The position numbers and the translations under genes were made by a program. The notes below the pieces were generated by a model. The model was given only the letters and a program-made list of their open reading frames with translations. It ran no database searches and was not told where the DNA came from. From contig JAAOMT010000664.1 in the NCBI GenBank assembly GCA_016748015.1, positions 256,715 through 320,714 on the forward strand: 64,000 bases of DNA, read 5' to 3'. Origin of the DNA: Geosiphon pyriformis uo1. Lineage: Eukaryota; Fungi; Glomeromycota. Of this stretch, positions 13,889 through 27,112 are shown in pieces; the stretch's first letter is position 1; every line of letters begins with the position of its first letter.

Positions 13889-15439
13889 ATGGGTGATTAC
13901 TCATATCTGCCACAACAATTAGAAAAACACTTTAAAGCACACAACAAAAATAATCTAGACTTTATTGAACTCAATCCTTTGCCCTCCTGCTTGATTTGCT
14001 TTCCCATTGAAGAACAATCTAGCAGACAATTCCAAGACTTTTGGAACTGGTTCTTGAACAAGCATTCAGCTGAAACCTACACAGCTTATACAATCTATTA
14101 CTTTGACCAAGCTTATTTTGAAGACGACTTTGAAGAAAGAAACAACAGTATCAATCAGCTTTTATATTCTGCAATCTTTGAACAACAGCCCCCTAATTTT
14201 GAATATCTGAATCATCAAATCCACATTTGGATTGCTGCCCATCAATCAACAGAAACTCCTCTTAAAACAGAAAAAGAAACCTATCAAACTGCTCCTGTTT
14301 TTGATCTTTTTTAAAGTAAATTAGAACACTCCACACAAACAGTTACACCTGAACCAATAGCTCAAAACCCTCTGCAACAAAACATTCTGATTGTCCTCCA
14401 AGATATACAGACTGCTTTAGGGTGAATAAACAACACTCTATTACTATTATTCAGAAGTAATGCCCAAGATCCAATTGAATAGTTGGATAACTTTGAGAGA
14501 GCTGCTACAGCCAACCAATATGATGATGAGTACAAGTTTCAAATTGTTGGTGGCTACCTCCAAGACTCTCTTGCTACCTGGTTCTCACAGAAAACTGATA
14601 CTAATACCCATCAAAGAATCATTAGATGAATGCCAACAAATGCCAGAGAAAACAATACCTCTTTTACAACCTGGTTTGAAAACAAGTTCAGAACTCCAAT
14701 TTTGATATCCAAGTGGCACATAAAATTAGAAAGAAGAACTCAAGATCCAGGAAAAGTAGTAACTGAATATGCCAAAGCAATCAGAAAGTTATTTAAACAA
14801 GTAGACTCTGGAAGAAACTAGACAGAAGAACAAAAGATTCATTTCTTTATAAAAGGATTGAGAACCGACTTATCCTATGCTTTTTGGTCTTTCTTGGCTC
14901 TAAAAAATAATCCTACAATGGACATGGCCATTGAACTTGCCCAAAAAATTGAAGACAACCAAAGAATGCACTTGGAATTCACACTTCCAGTTTTTGCTTC
15001 TGCTCCTGTTATGGCTCCTGCTCTCCAAATGGCTGCTACTTCTTTTGCTGCCCAAACTCAAGACCCAAATAAACAGTTGATAGATAGACTCACAGCAAAT
15101 CTTGCTTGGCTATTAGAACCATTAGCCCAAGCAGTCAAAGATAACCAGCAACCCCAAAGACCCAGATTTGAGCCATACTTCAATCAGCCTCAGCAACCAC
15201 CTTATCAAAGACAACAAAATCATAGCCCACCTGTGTGCTATTGCTGTGGATTAACTGGACATTTTTCAAGAGATTGCAACAATCCTCCCTTACCCTCTCC
15301 AGCTCCCAGAAACAATAATAACCAAAACAACAGAACAATTAAGAACAATGCCCTCAATCAAAGACCTAATCATGCCAATATCAATTTCTTTGGAAAGAAT
15401 CCCCTAGTTGAAGCCACTGTTTATCAGCTTTTAAACTGA
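13889..15439 (+). pseudogene. B gag (capsid-like region, CYCCGLTGHFSRDC zinc knuckle)
   Basis: ORFs 13889, 14630 and 14858 share one frame; CCHC knuckle present. Confidence 0.88.
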
Positions 15440-15466
15440 TAGATGCACCTCCAAAGGGTGAGAGTG
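15430..15466 (+). promoter_or_regulatory. Putative -1 ribosomal frameshift signal (T TTA AAC plus downstream hairpin) joining B gag and pol
   Basis: The heptamer is in X XXY YYZ phase immediately before the gag TGA. The -1 frame is open into the protease ORF. TGCAC...GTGCA pairing starts 6 nt downstream. Confidence 0.7.
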
Positions 15467-18113
15467 CAAGCCAACCAGAAAAAAACCTCTTTTACATCTT
15501 TAACTTAACTAATGATAACTATGACATAGATGAACTAGCAATTAACACCACAGAATCAACAAGGAAGAAGAAGAAAGCCAAAGTTGATTTTGTTTTGGAT
15601 CCAAACAAACCATCCACATCAACTGCTGATAATAATGAGCCACCAAAGGCTAAAGTTTTTAAGAATCCTCCAAAGTTAGAACCCCCAGAAATAGTACAAA
15701 AATCTGGATCTTATTCTGTTGTTAAAGATTTCATAGAAATCCCAGCACATATTACCTTTGGCCAGTTGATGATCCATCCACAGTTTAGAAAAAATCTTCG
15801 CAAATCTCTGATCCCCAAGAAGAAAATACCAAAAACCAACAAATGTTCTCATCAAGCTGGACTTGTTGACAACAGCAACATTACTCTTTTAATTTGCAAA
15901 GCCCAAGTGGTTGGTTATTTCATCAACTTGATCCTAGATAGTGAATCATCTATAAGTGTCATTGCCAAACATTTCTTAGAAGCAATTAGCAGAAAAATTG
16001 ACAAATCTTTTACCAGACCTATGACCAATATACATGGTAATAAAAAGAAAGGTCTTGGTATTGCCAAAGCTATTTTTGTCTGCATCAATGACATCAGCAT
16101 TGAAACTGATATAGAGGTTTCTGAAGCAAAGGAATACACCATTATTGTTGGCAATGAGTGGCTCAAGAAAGCAAAAGTTTTACTCAACTATAAACTGTAT
16201 AAATTAATCATCAGATGTGGTGAAAAGCCCATAGTAGTTAAATGCCACCATTGGACAACTCCCCCAGCAAACAAACAGGATCAAGAAGAAGAACAATTAG
16301 ATAAATCAGATAATAAAGAAAGTGATGAAGAAGAAGAACAAGAAGAACAAAAAGAAACTGCTGAACTTGCATACACTACCTTCACCAGCAATGGCAAGCC
16401 ACTGGACAATGTTAAAGCTGACAATGAAGGAATCATTATAAATAGCAAGCTAATCTGCTGGCCCTACTATAATATTCTTAGAAGAATCTTTGACCAAAAA
16501 CCTGGCAAAAAAGCCAAGTACTGTTATTGGTGGCATGGTCCTTGTGTCCAGTGCTAGTGTAACCAACCCTTGTATTTTCCAAGTGATGAATGCAAATCAT
16601 GTCTGATCTATTACAAAGATTGGGAACCAATCAGTTAGATACCTAGAGAAGAATTGAAAGAAGTCCAAAAGTTCTTTGAAAATGAACCACCTGAGATCCA
16701 ATCACTAGTTATAAAACAAAGAGAACTTTCTCCAGAAAAAAAAAAAATAGACGTTGAAAATCTGCTGGCTAGAAACAGCCCAGTTATCTCAAAAAAAGGT
16801 GATATTCCTGGACGAACTCATGTAATACAACACACCATTACCATCAGAGAAACTTGCCCCATCTATCTAAAGCCATATCAATCCAATTGTCACAATGATG
16901 AGTTTATCAAGAAAGAAATAAAATGAATGAAAGATTTTGGATTCATACAAGAAACCAAGAGTGAATGGGCTTTTTCAGTTATAGTGGTATTTAAGAAAAG
17001 TGGAACTCTGCGCTTCTGTGTTAATTATTACCAATTAAATGCTATTACTAAAAGAGATATGTACCTACTTCCCAAAATTGATGCAATGCTAGATTAATTT
17101 AAGAGTGCTGCTTTCTTCTCAACCATTGATCTAACTGCTGGATTTTGGCAAGTAGAGATAGATCCAGAAAGTTGGAAGAAAACTGCCTTCATAATCAAGT
17201 ATAACACCTATGAATTTACAATCATGCCTTTTGGTCTTACCAATGCTTCTCTCACCTTTCAATGCTTAATGGACAAAGTATTTGAATCAGTAAAAAAAAA
17301 TTTTGTTCTGGTTTATTTGGATGACATAATGGTGTACTCAAAAACCTGGGATGAACATCTTAAACATTTGCAAAAGATTTTTGACCTCCTTAGAAATGCT
17401 GGCCTTAAGATAAATCCAATCAAATTTTTTTTTGAACGGCAATCAACCCAATTTTTTGGCCATCTTATTACAAAGGATGGAATTTTTCCTAACCCAGCCA
17501 AAGTTGAAAAAGTCCAGAACATTAGACAACCAATGAATGTTCATGAACTGCACTCTTTCCTTGGTTTGGCTTCTTATTATCAGAAATTTGTCAAGAATTT
17601 TTCCAAAATTGCCTCTCCACTCAATCAGCTACTTAGGAAAAATGTCAATTATCACTGGGGTACACATCAGCAGAAAGCATTTGAAACCTTCAAAGAAAAA
17701 TTGGTTACAGAACCTATTCTCAAGCAACCTGATTTGGATCAACCTTTTATCTTTTATACTAATACATCTGGTTATAGACTTGGTGCTGTTTTGTCACAAA
17801 AAGATAAAGATGGCAGGAAACATATAATAGCATATGCCAGTAGAACCTTTACACCAGCAGAACAAAACTATTCAGTTACTAAGCAGAAATGCTTAGCAGT
17901 AGTCTGGGTTACCAGTTACTGAGATAAGTATTTCCTGGGGGTAAAGTTTTTGGTGACCAAGTTTTGGTTTGGTTATGCAACAAAAAAAAGCTGAAACATA
18001 AAAGAATAACTCACTGGATACTCCACTTGAACGAATTTGACTATAACATTCAACATTACAAAGGAGCACATTATCAAAACACCAATGCTTTCTCTAGACT
18101 TACCATCCAGTAA
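15436..18113 (+). pseudogene. B pol: protease (LILDSES), small Cys motif, RT (YLDD), RNase H; ends at NAFSRLTIQ*
   Basis: ORFs 15595, 16654 and 17224; MPFGLTNA, VYLDD and AYASR..AEQNY motifs. Confidence 0.9.
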
Positions 18114-18178
18114 CAGTACAACTACCTCAAACCAAACCAACCTAATTATTAGTAATTTTCTCACAACCAAACACAATA

Positions 18179-19537
18179 ATAGACTTGAACAACTACTCTG
18201 CCTTAATGGAATTTTTGAATAAAGGACAATATCCACTAGAATACAATTGACAGCAAAGAAAACATTTGTGCAAACAATCAAATTTCTATTTAATCTGCCA
18301 GAACCAACTATACAAAAGAAACAGAAAAGATCCTGACTGCCTCCAGAGAGTCATAAGATTTGAAGAAAGAAAAATTGTGATCTATAACATGCACACTGAT
18401 CCATTAGCTGGACATTTTGGAAAAACTAAAACAATTCAGAAAACTCTAATTTGCTATTATTGACCTATCTTGGGAAAAGACATTGCTGAGTACATTAAAA
18501 CCTGTGATATCTGCCAAAGAAAAAAAAAACCCAATAGAAAAAAATATATTCATCCAATCTCTGTTGGCCAATCATTTGACAGGATTGGTATAAATGTTGT
18601 TGGACCCTTAACAATAACCCTTGATGGCAACAGATACATTATCATAACTACTAACTATATTACAAAGTGGGTAGAAGCAAGAGCCACTTCAGACCAAACA
18701 GCAGTCTTAATAGCCAATTTCATTCATGAAAATATCATCTGCCATCATGGCTGCCCCAGAAAACTTTTATCTGATAGAGGAAAAGCTTTTCTTAGTACAC
18801 TGGTTAAAGAACTTTGTAGAAAAATGGAAATACATCATAAATTTTTCTCCTCTTATCACCCCCAAACAAATGGCCTAGTGAAACGTTTTAATAGAACATT
18901 ATGTGAAACTCTAACCAAAACAAATGAAGAAACAAACTTATGGGACAAAGTACTGCCTTCAGCTTTGTTTGCTTATAGAACTGTGAATCATGACATAACA
19001 AGTTATAAACCTTTTTATTTGCTCTATAGATGCATGACAACACTACCAATAGAAACTGATATTGAGACAATATCCTTTGAAGAGATTACAATAGCAAATT
19101 ACAAAGATATTTTGCAAAAAAAACTTGGTACCATTCTTGATTCATTGGTAGAAGCACAAATAGTTGCTTTTGAAAAGATAAAACAGTTTCAAGAAAAACT
19201 TAAAAAGAAGAAAACCTATAAAACACTTTCTTTAAATATTAGTGACTTGGTATTAGAATACCGTTTAGACAGAGACAATATTTATGGTAATAAATTTTCT
19301 AGCCAGTGGAAAAAACCCTTTATAGTCAACAAAGTTTTGAACAATAGTTCTTATATTCTTCAAGATCAATCTGAAACAATCTTTAATGATCAACCTGTTT
19401 ATGGCATGTGACTCAAGAAATATCACAAACAACTTGATTGGTTGTCTGTTGTGGTAATACTGACTCAAATGATCAACAAAAATCAAGTACAAATAAACAC
19501 ACCATTCCCAAAACAAAGGTATCTTCAATCAACATGA
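18179..19537 (+). pseudogene. B integrase as a separate ORF (HHCC, DDE core, decayed GPF/Y region)
   Basis: H..PLAGHFG...CDICQR, SDRG and YHPQTNGLV motifs. It starts 65 nt after the RNase H stop, in a different frame; the ATA at 18179 is inferred to be a decayed ATG. Confidence 0.85.
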
Positions 19538-20190
19538 ACAATTATTTTCTAAATTAAAACATTCAAAATGCCTTCTATACTCTCCATGAGTATTGGATTA
19601 AAAACTATTCAAATGCTACTTTGACCATTGAAAAACAAACCACTATAACTGATAACAGTAGAACACATACTGTTATTAGACCAAAAAAAACAACTACCAG
19701 AAGAGAAAAAATTGGTGGCAAAATGGATAAATATCTGTCAGAAAATATAACAGCAGTGATACTTATATCTTCCACCATACTTGGAAAAACAATTAAAGAA
19801 ATCTTACCCATAGACAAAAACTTGTCATATAGAAGACAACTAGAGCTCTATGGTCACCTTGGTGAAATCATAGATGACATGAAGCTTATGAAAAAAACAA
19901 CTTTAGAGATACAGGCAGAAATTTTGGGCATTATATGATTAGATGTTCCAAGAGTTTTAACCATTGCTAGAAGAGCCAAAACTCTAATACAAAGATTTGG
20001 TCTCTTGAATACAAAATTCATTTCACCTCAAGTATTATACATTCTATCTACAAAAGACTTTAATAAATTAGTTAACTTTGAGTTAGATAAAACTCTTCAA
20101 ATAGATTACATTATAAATAGCTTGATTTTGCCGGAGCTCAATCTTTTTGGAGAAGATAATGTTACGGTTGAGACCTATACTTCTTATTAA
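19534..20190 (+). pseudogene. B accessory ORF3 (~218 aa, unknown function), overlapping the PPT and the start of the 3' LTR
   Basis: ATG 19534 is in frame with ORFs 19621 and 20005; only two internal stops. Confidence 0.7.
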
Positions 20191-20788
20191 TTATTACATG
20201 TATTAGCCATTAATGTTATATAATTAGCCACACTATTTTTAGAAAGTAATCATTGACCACTTTTGACAGCTGTATAAGCAATGAATCTCTTAGCTGTAGA
20301 AAAGCATATAATAACAAGCATCTGAATAATCAAGAATAAATAAAATAACAACTTTCATTTCAATCCTTCTCTTATCACTAATTTCCCTTTCTTTATCTTC
20401 AAGTATCTAAACATTTTAAAGATAAAAGATTACTTGTTGGCCTTTTCCTGACGTATATAATTGTAGCATTTGAAGATTATTTGAATAAACATAACTGAAA
20501 AGCACAAGTTGATACCTGATATTGAATTCTAAGAGCACTGATATAAGGCATAGAATTATACTAGTGATAATTAATTGTTGACAGTACGGACTATTTCTCT
20601 ACTTTCAGATTCCCCAGTTACCTTTGAAAAGAATAGTGACTGAGATATTTTATGAGACTGATCTCACATATTGAATCCATACTCATTCAATTTGCTCTTT
20701 AAAGTTGAAATTCCCTTTGATTATTTTCATCACTCTACAATCCTGTTCTCTCTTGCTATCTGTTAGCTTGTTACTCCAACTCGTAACA
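20160..20788 (+). repeat. 3' LTR of B
   Basis: TGTTACGG...CGTAACA directly after the PPT. Confidence 0.93.
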
Positions 20789-23697
20789 ATATCTTTTAAC
20801 ACATATGTTCATTACATTCAGCAGATTTTTAAGCCACAATTACAAACACCCATGATTTTGAAGCCACAAAACTCAAAGCCAACCATGCCCAAGTTATGAA
20901 TCTAGTAATAAACAGATTATCTGACTTGGATTCCAAATTGAAACAATTCAGCAATTCAATTAATCAAAAATTAGAAGAGTATTTAGCTAACAACAATTAG
21001 GCAATATATCAACTACTACAATATTATAACAATCCTAAAAATTAACACCAAAATCAATCACATCTTGCAGCATTATTAACTTGACTATTGTGGCAACAAA
21101 AGACACATATCTGCCATAATTGTGGTAAACAAAGACATATTAAGATTGACTGCCATGCTAGAATTAATAATTCATGATCAGAAAATCAATATCAAAATCT
21201 CAATTACTAATTTCAAACTCCAAGTTACCATCCAAATTAGGACTATTATCAACCACATTACCTATCAATGATGTAACAAATATACTCATTATTAATTTAT
21301 CAGTCTCCAGCACCCATAATTTATCAACCACAGCTACAACCTATCTATCAGCCACAGTCCCAAGTAATCTATCAGCCCCAACAAATTCCAATACTGCTAT
21401 CAAACTCAGTTTAATTAATCACTGGAATCTAAAAACCAAAAGTCACCCATATCCAACAAAACTGAAAATTGACAATAGTTATATACCAACTAATCTCCAG
21501 TTTCTCAACCCAATCCTCAAAATCATGACAACAGAGTTCAGAAACCAGATATACTCAAAATTTGAATTTTTAAAACTATTTAAGTCTCTTGGTTACTCCA
21601 GAAGATGCCACATCTAACAACTTGAAAGCTAACTAAAAGCCACTTACCAATAATATATCTCCAGCAACCATTACTGAAAATGAATCACATGTAGTTATCT
21701 TTTCATTCAAACTTGAGGAATCAATAATGCTTTTTTTCAGTGGAGCCATTTTCAACACCAAACTTATTATTGCAATATATACTAACACCAAAGTTGATGA
21801 CCACTTCATCAAATTAATTTTAGACAATGGGTCCACAGACAACATCATAACCCAACAATTTATAAACCAATTAGGTTACCAAGTTGATTGTACTGCCAGT
21901 GCCAGAATTATTACCACTAATGAAGCTACAAAAACTCCAATAGACAAAATTGACAACTTCCCTTTTAAAGTTAACAACATCATAGCTTCCATCAAAGTCT
22001 TGGTAATGGAAGCAACCCAATATTAAGTGCTAGTTGGCAATGACTGATTGTTCAAAACCAATGCAGTGCTTGATTGAACCACACAGGAGTTCCAACTCAG
22101 TTAGAATGATTAGTACACATATGTATTAACTACGTATGGCCACTTTTGAACAAATACTACACCAATACCATTTATAGAATTGAAAAAGAAGTAAACAAAC
22201 TTACCTGGAAAGCTTATCAAGTGTTATGAACTGAAAACAATCACAACAAACTGCCACCAGTACTCTTATAGAATAACAAGAAAAAAGAAAAAAAAGAAGA
22301 CAAACTCAAAGAAACCACAGCTACAGAAGAAATAACTAGTGACTGAGAATGATTATACTCACATGAATCCATCAAAAAGCCATCATATATTCTTCTCAAA
22401 TGTTAAGATTACAGCAAGAAGCTATCATCCATGAGAGCATAGATAGTACTTAACAAAAACTACTAGACCAGAACACATTATTATTGTAAATTATGCTATA
22501 GAAAACACTATGACTATTCAAAAAAACAGAGCAAGTAAGACAACAAACCATGTTTTGCTTGTGGCAAACAATTACTTGATGAGAGAATATGAAACAACAT
22601 TCCTGGTTAAGGAGGAATGTATGATACTTTATGCCAGTATATGATCTTTATAAATAACTAGATCAGTTATGACACATCTATTACTGCTGTATGACACCAA
22701 ACAATCTCTTACTTGGATGGTTATCTGCACAATGAAAATGAGATCTGATAACTGGCCAACACCAAGGTAGAAGGCACTTTGTCCAGTAAAATCCTGGAGA
22801 TAAAAAACAATCCTTCAGAACTAGTTAACATCATACTCATTCCCAATCCAGATGCATTTTTAGATATTGAGACAGATTCAGAGGAATTCCATGAGCATTA
22901 CCAGAATTTGGCACCAACAAAAGAAGAGCAAGAACAATGTTTGGAAGAAATAAACACCTGATTATGTAACTACTGTTTAATTCCATGTAACTTTCAGTAT
23001 TGTAATAAGTGTGACCTCATCTACAATCTACTATCATACATAATCTACACAATATTAGAGGAAGATAAACCAATCAACAGCTGCATATTGGAATCAAAAT
23101 TAAAATTCAATTCTGATTCAAACTCTGACAATGATGATAATGAAAACAACAGTTCCAGTTCTATTCAAAATAGCAATGAAAATAACAATAATTTGGACTT
23201 CAATTTAAATTCAGAACAATATATCACACTTTCTAATCTCACTAAGAAACAGGAACTTAAATAGTTCAGTAATAATAATAAAGATATTATGCCAGAACGT
23301 ACACATAATACTGATGCAGGGTTTGATCTAAGATATCCAGGAAAAGAAGTTATTAAATTAGAACCACATTTATGCACCTGCATTGATTTCAAAATAGCAC
23401 TGAAAATTCCAGCAACAACAATAGTTCAATTAGCATTTAGAAATAGTTTAGCAAAAAGAGGAATCAATATTAGAAGAGAAATAATTGATGCTGGATATAT
23501 AAGAAATATCATGGCTATACTACAAAATGATTCAGAAAAGATCTATATCATAGAGCCAAACAAAAAGATAACACAGGCAATATTTCTATCTCTGGTTAAA
23601 ATAGCTCAATTAATATTAGTAAGAAACAGAGAAGAATTAGGAATAACAGTAAGAGAAATACAAGGATTTAGATTTATGGGTAAAATAGATATACCAG

Positions 23698-24128
23698 TGT
23701 TACAAGTGATTATTTGATGTCTCAAATCAAATAACAAACTCATAACTTGGTGCTCAGTATCTACTCTGATAGATGATAGTAGTAATATTGGTACATTGTC
23801 TCTATCTGAAGGTTTTAATTAAAAGTTTTTTGTATAATAGACAGAGATTTAATAATGATGTAATTGGTTAGTGAGTTGTGTTCCCAATTTCTGTCTTCAG
23901 CTTGATGGCCAGTTTATTCTGGCAGTTGTGTCTTTCTGGTAAGCTATCTATTAATATATATATAATTTTACCCTTATTTTTGGGTCTTTTACCAGGCTAT
24001 CCATGACATCAATTACTTAGTGTTTTAATCCTTAATCCATTAGTATATAACAATAAAATCAAGAAAAAAAAAAAAAAAAGAAAAAAAAAAAAAAAAAAAT
24101 AAGCCAAGNNNNNNNNNNNNNNNNNNNN

Positions 24129-24165
<37 letters not shown>

Positions 24166-24451
24166 CAATTAGTCAATTATTTTTTTCAATTAATCAAGTT
24201 AGTTTTTTGAATATCCTATTACATTGTTGTTGAAAGTTACACCGAAAAAACCCTTCTAGGCCATTTTTTATTTGAAATTTATAGAGATGTTTTTATGCAT
24301 ATATATACATACATATAAATACATAACATAACATATTACTTTTTTGAAAGTAAAAATTCAATAAACCAAAATAAAATATATAAATAATATAAATAATATA
24401 TATAAATATAATATAGAAACTCATATTTTTCCCATTTGAATTTTACCCGAT

Positions 24452-24537
<86 letters not shown>

Positions 24538-24966
24538 TAAGAAATAAGCCAAGGCAATGTGCAAGTTAGTATCCATCAATAGCTATGATCAAGAGCTATT
24601 GTTCCAGTATGGCTAAGTATCAATTGTTATCAACATAGAGTGTTAATAGTGGAGAGTGGATTGAAATGGTGAATAATTATTTATTAATATTTGTGAATAG
24701 AAAGTCACTTTAGATGAAATCTAAACTGAAAGGTCTCTAATGGAAAGGTTCTGCCTTTTTTCTACTTCTAACACTACCATTATATATACATAATTGATGT
24801 TTTACAAGATTGCTCACATTTCTGAGTGATGTGCTATGATTTTTTGAGCAATGTGTCATGATTTCTGTCATTGCTCTACATTGCTGAGCAATGTGTTCAC
24901 ATGTTACATACTATTTGCTTATTGGTCTACTATTTTTCTATATCTGTTTTCTTTTTATAAGTAACA
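23698..24966 (-). repeat. 3' LTR of C (contains a 20-N gap at 24109-24128 and probably misassembled homopolymer-flanked sequence)
   Basis: Aligns with 33378-34287 outside ~24108-24530. Confidence 0.85.
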
Positions 24967-24980
24967 TTATCTTCTCCTTT

Positions 24981-25616
24981 TTAATATTAAGTTCTGTCGA
25001 AATCTTCATTCTGAATTAGCTTTAATACTTTTTTTTCTAGTATTGTTTGTTCAACTTTATTTTTTATGTCTTTTACTTGTACATTGTTCATTCTTCTCTA
25101 TTGGTTAATGGTTATGGTTTCTATGTTAGAGTGTAACAGTATTTCTGGATAGTTCTGAAATATGTTGTGCAGTCAATAAATTGTTCTCACATGTAGTGTC
25201 AAGTTCGTCTTTTTTCTAATAAATTCTTCAATTTGCTGTATTATGTTTTGATTAAATATTCTCTTGGATTTGTCGATATACAACTCCTGAATATTCAACT
25301 TTCGACCTAACTAGTAGTAACAGTATAATATTAGAAGTTGTTTTGTCCATTGTTTCCAATTCTTTTTTGTGAGTTCTTCTTTTGATGCCATAATAGGTAT
25401 TTTTCCAAAAGTGTTTTTTACTTTTTCTATTATATTATTTGACCAGTTTTTATCACTCTTTGGTACCTGCTGATATAGTGTATTCTTTGTCTTTTTTTTT
25501 GTGTTTTGATAGCAAATTGTTTGGTTGTTAACAATAATTTCCATGTTTAATGGTTGTTGACTTAATGTCTGGAATAATTGTTGAGCTATGATATGAATAT
25601 GATCTGGTATTTCCAT
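24981..25616 (-). pseudogene. C accessory ORF3 (MEIPDHIHIIAQQLF..., 212 codons)
   Basis: Same length and frame as A's ORF3; stop directly before the PPT. Confidence 0.8.
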
Positions 25617-25675
25617 TTTCTTGGTTGCTTTTGTTGCATATACTGTGTCTTTATATACTCTTTTATTGTTTGATT

Positions 25676-27052
25676 TTATGTGTTTGGTTCAATAATTATG
25701 ATTGGTTCCAGATCTTGTGAAATCTCATCTGGTTGGACTAGTATTTGTTGTACTCCTAATTGTGGAATGTTATTGGTAAATGTTGATGCTATTTGGTAAT
25801 ATGGTTTCAGTCAATCACCATGTGCTGCTTTGGCTAAGATTTTGTTGTCCCATCTTAATTTATAAGCTTCATTTTCAAGAATTTTTTCTATGTAAAATGG
25901 TCTATCCCATTTGGGGTCAAATTTTCTACTCTATTGTTTTTTCACTTTGGTATGATGTAAAAGTACTTTGTCTCCAATCTTGAATTCAACTGGTTTGTCT
26001 GGTAGTTGATTATCATGTCTTTCTTTTTGTTTTTTTTGTGACTTTTGGATGTTATCAGCTGCTTTTTGCCATTTATTTTCTAATGTTTCTATTAAGTCAT
26101 ATGTTCTTTTTAGCAACATTTCCTGAAAATTGTTTTCAGTTATTGGTTCTGTTGGATAAGTGGTGACTTCTATTTCAACTGGTAATGTTGCTGTTCTATC
26201 ATATACTATTTCAAATGGTGTTGTTTGTGTAGTATCTTGTCTTATTGTCCAATAAGCAAATAATACTAATAGTATAAACAAATCCCATTCATCTTGGTTT
26301 TCTTGACTGATCTTGGTAATTGCTTCACACAATGTTCTGTTAAACCTCTCAACTAACCCATTTGTTTGTGAATAGTATGGTAATAATAATGGTTTTTTGA
26401 TTCTAAATCTCTAACTTAATTCTGCTAATGTTCTGTTTACAAAGTGAGTTCCTTGATTTGATAATAGTTCTTTTGGACATCCATGTTAACAAATCAGATC
26501 TTGATGAACAAATTCGGCAATGGATTCTGCATCTGCTCTTTGAATGGCTTTTGCTTCTGGCCATTTAGTGAAATAGTCTATGGTTACTGTGATATATCTG
26601 TTGCCTCTGCTGGTGATTGTTAATGGTCCAACTAAGTCAATTTCAATGCAATCAAATAGTTGTCCCACTTTGATTAGTTTCAATGGTTTACTGGGTTTTG
26701 TTTCTTTTCTTTTTTGACATGTATCACAATTTTGGATGTATTGGATAATGTCTGGATATATTGATGGCCAATAGTATTTTTTTCTGGTTCTTTCCATTGT
26801 TGCTTCTTTATGAAAATGTCCCGCTGTTGAATCTGAATACATGTTGAATAATATTGTCTCTTTTTTTGGCTCTGTGATTACTCTGGTTGGTTAATCTGAA
26901 TTCTTTCTGTTTTTCTGGTAAAGTTTATTTTGGTGGTTAATAAAATATTTTGATTGTTGTTTTATGTTGTTTTGTTCCTTTTGAAATAATTTCTCCTTGA
27001 ACTGTTGGGTATTAATATAATATTGTAATTATTGATATTTTTGGGTGTTCAT
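25676..27052 (-). pseudogene. C integrase, separate ORF with its own ATG (MNTQKYQ...)
   Basis: AGHF...CDTCQKR, IDLVGPL and TKWPEA motifs; ATG 60 nt after the RNase H stop. Confidence 0.88.
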
Positions 27053-27112
27053 CTTTTGTTATATTTTGTTGTGTTTGTTTTGGTTTTGTTATATTTTTTG
27101 GTTGAAATGTTT

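Larger units (their letters stand above)
13088..20788 (+). mobile_element. Ty3/Gypsy LTR retrotransposon B (second family, no dUTPase)
   Basis: LTRs 13088-13836 and 20160-20788 (TGTTA...TAACA). TSD GTAT/ATAT; A's gag resumes in frame once B and one TSD copy are removed. PBS TGGTGTTTTCTGTGAGG at 13843; PPT GGAGAAGATAA. Confidence 0.93.
11757..23697 (+). pseudogene. A gag-protease-Cys-rich domain-dUTPase (interrupted by B at 13088-20788)
   Basis: Gag segments homologous to C and D, CHNCGKQRHIKIDC knuckle at ~21112, LILDNGS protease motif (ORF 21727), and AGFDLRYP..IIDAGY dUTPase motifs (ORF 23289). Many in-frame stops. Confidence 0.85.

Noticed and set aside
23965-24005. ATG in C's LTR (MDSLVKDPKIR|GT) that would splice in frame to gag
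   Set aside because: The phase fits in this one LTR, but the ATG and frame are not kept in A or D. Kept only as one option under the non-AUG finding.
24109-24545. Extra ~330 bp flanked by poly-T and poly-A inside C's 3' LTR, resembling a retroposed insertion
   Set aside because: It abuts a 20-N scaffold gap, AAATAAGCCAAG occurs on both sides, and the joins are long homopolymers. An assembly artefact is more likely.
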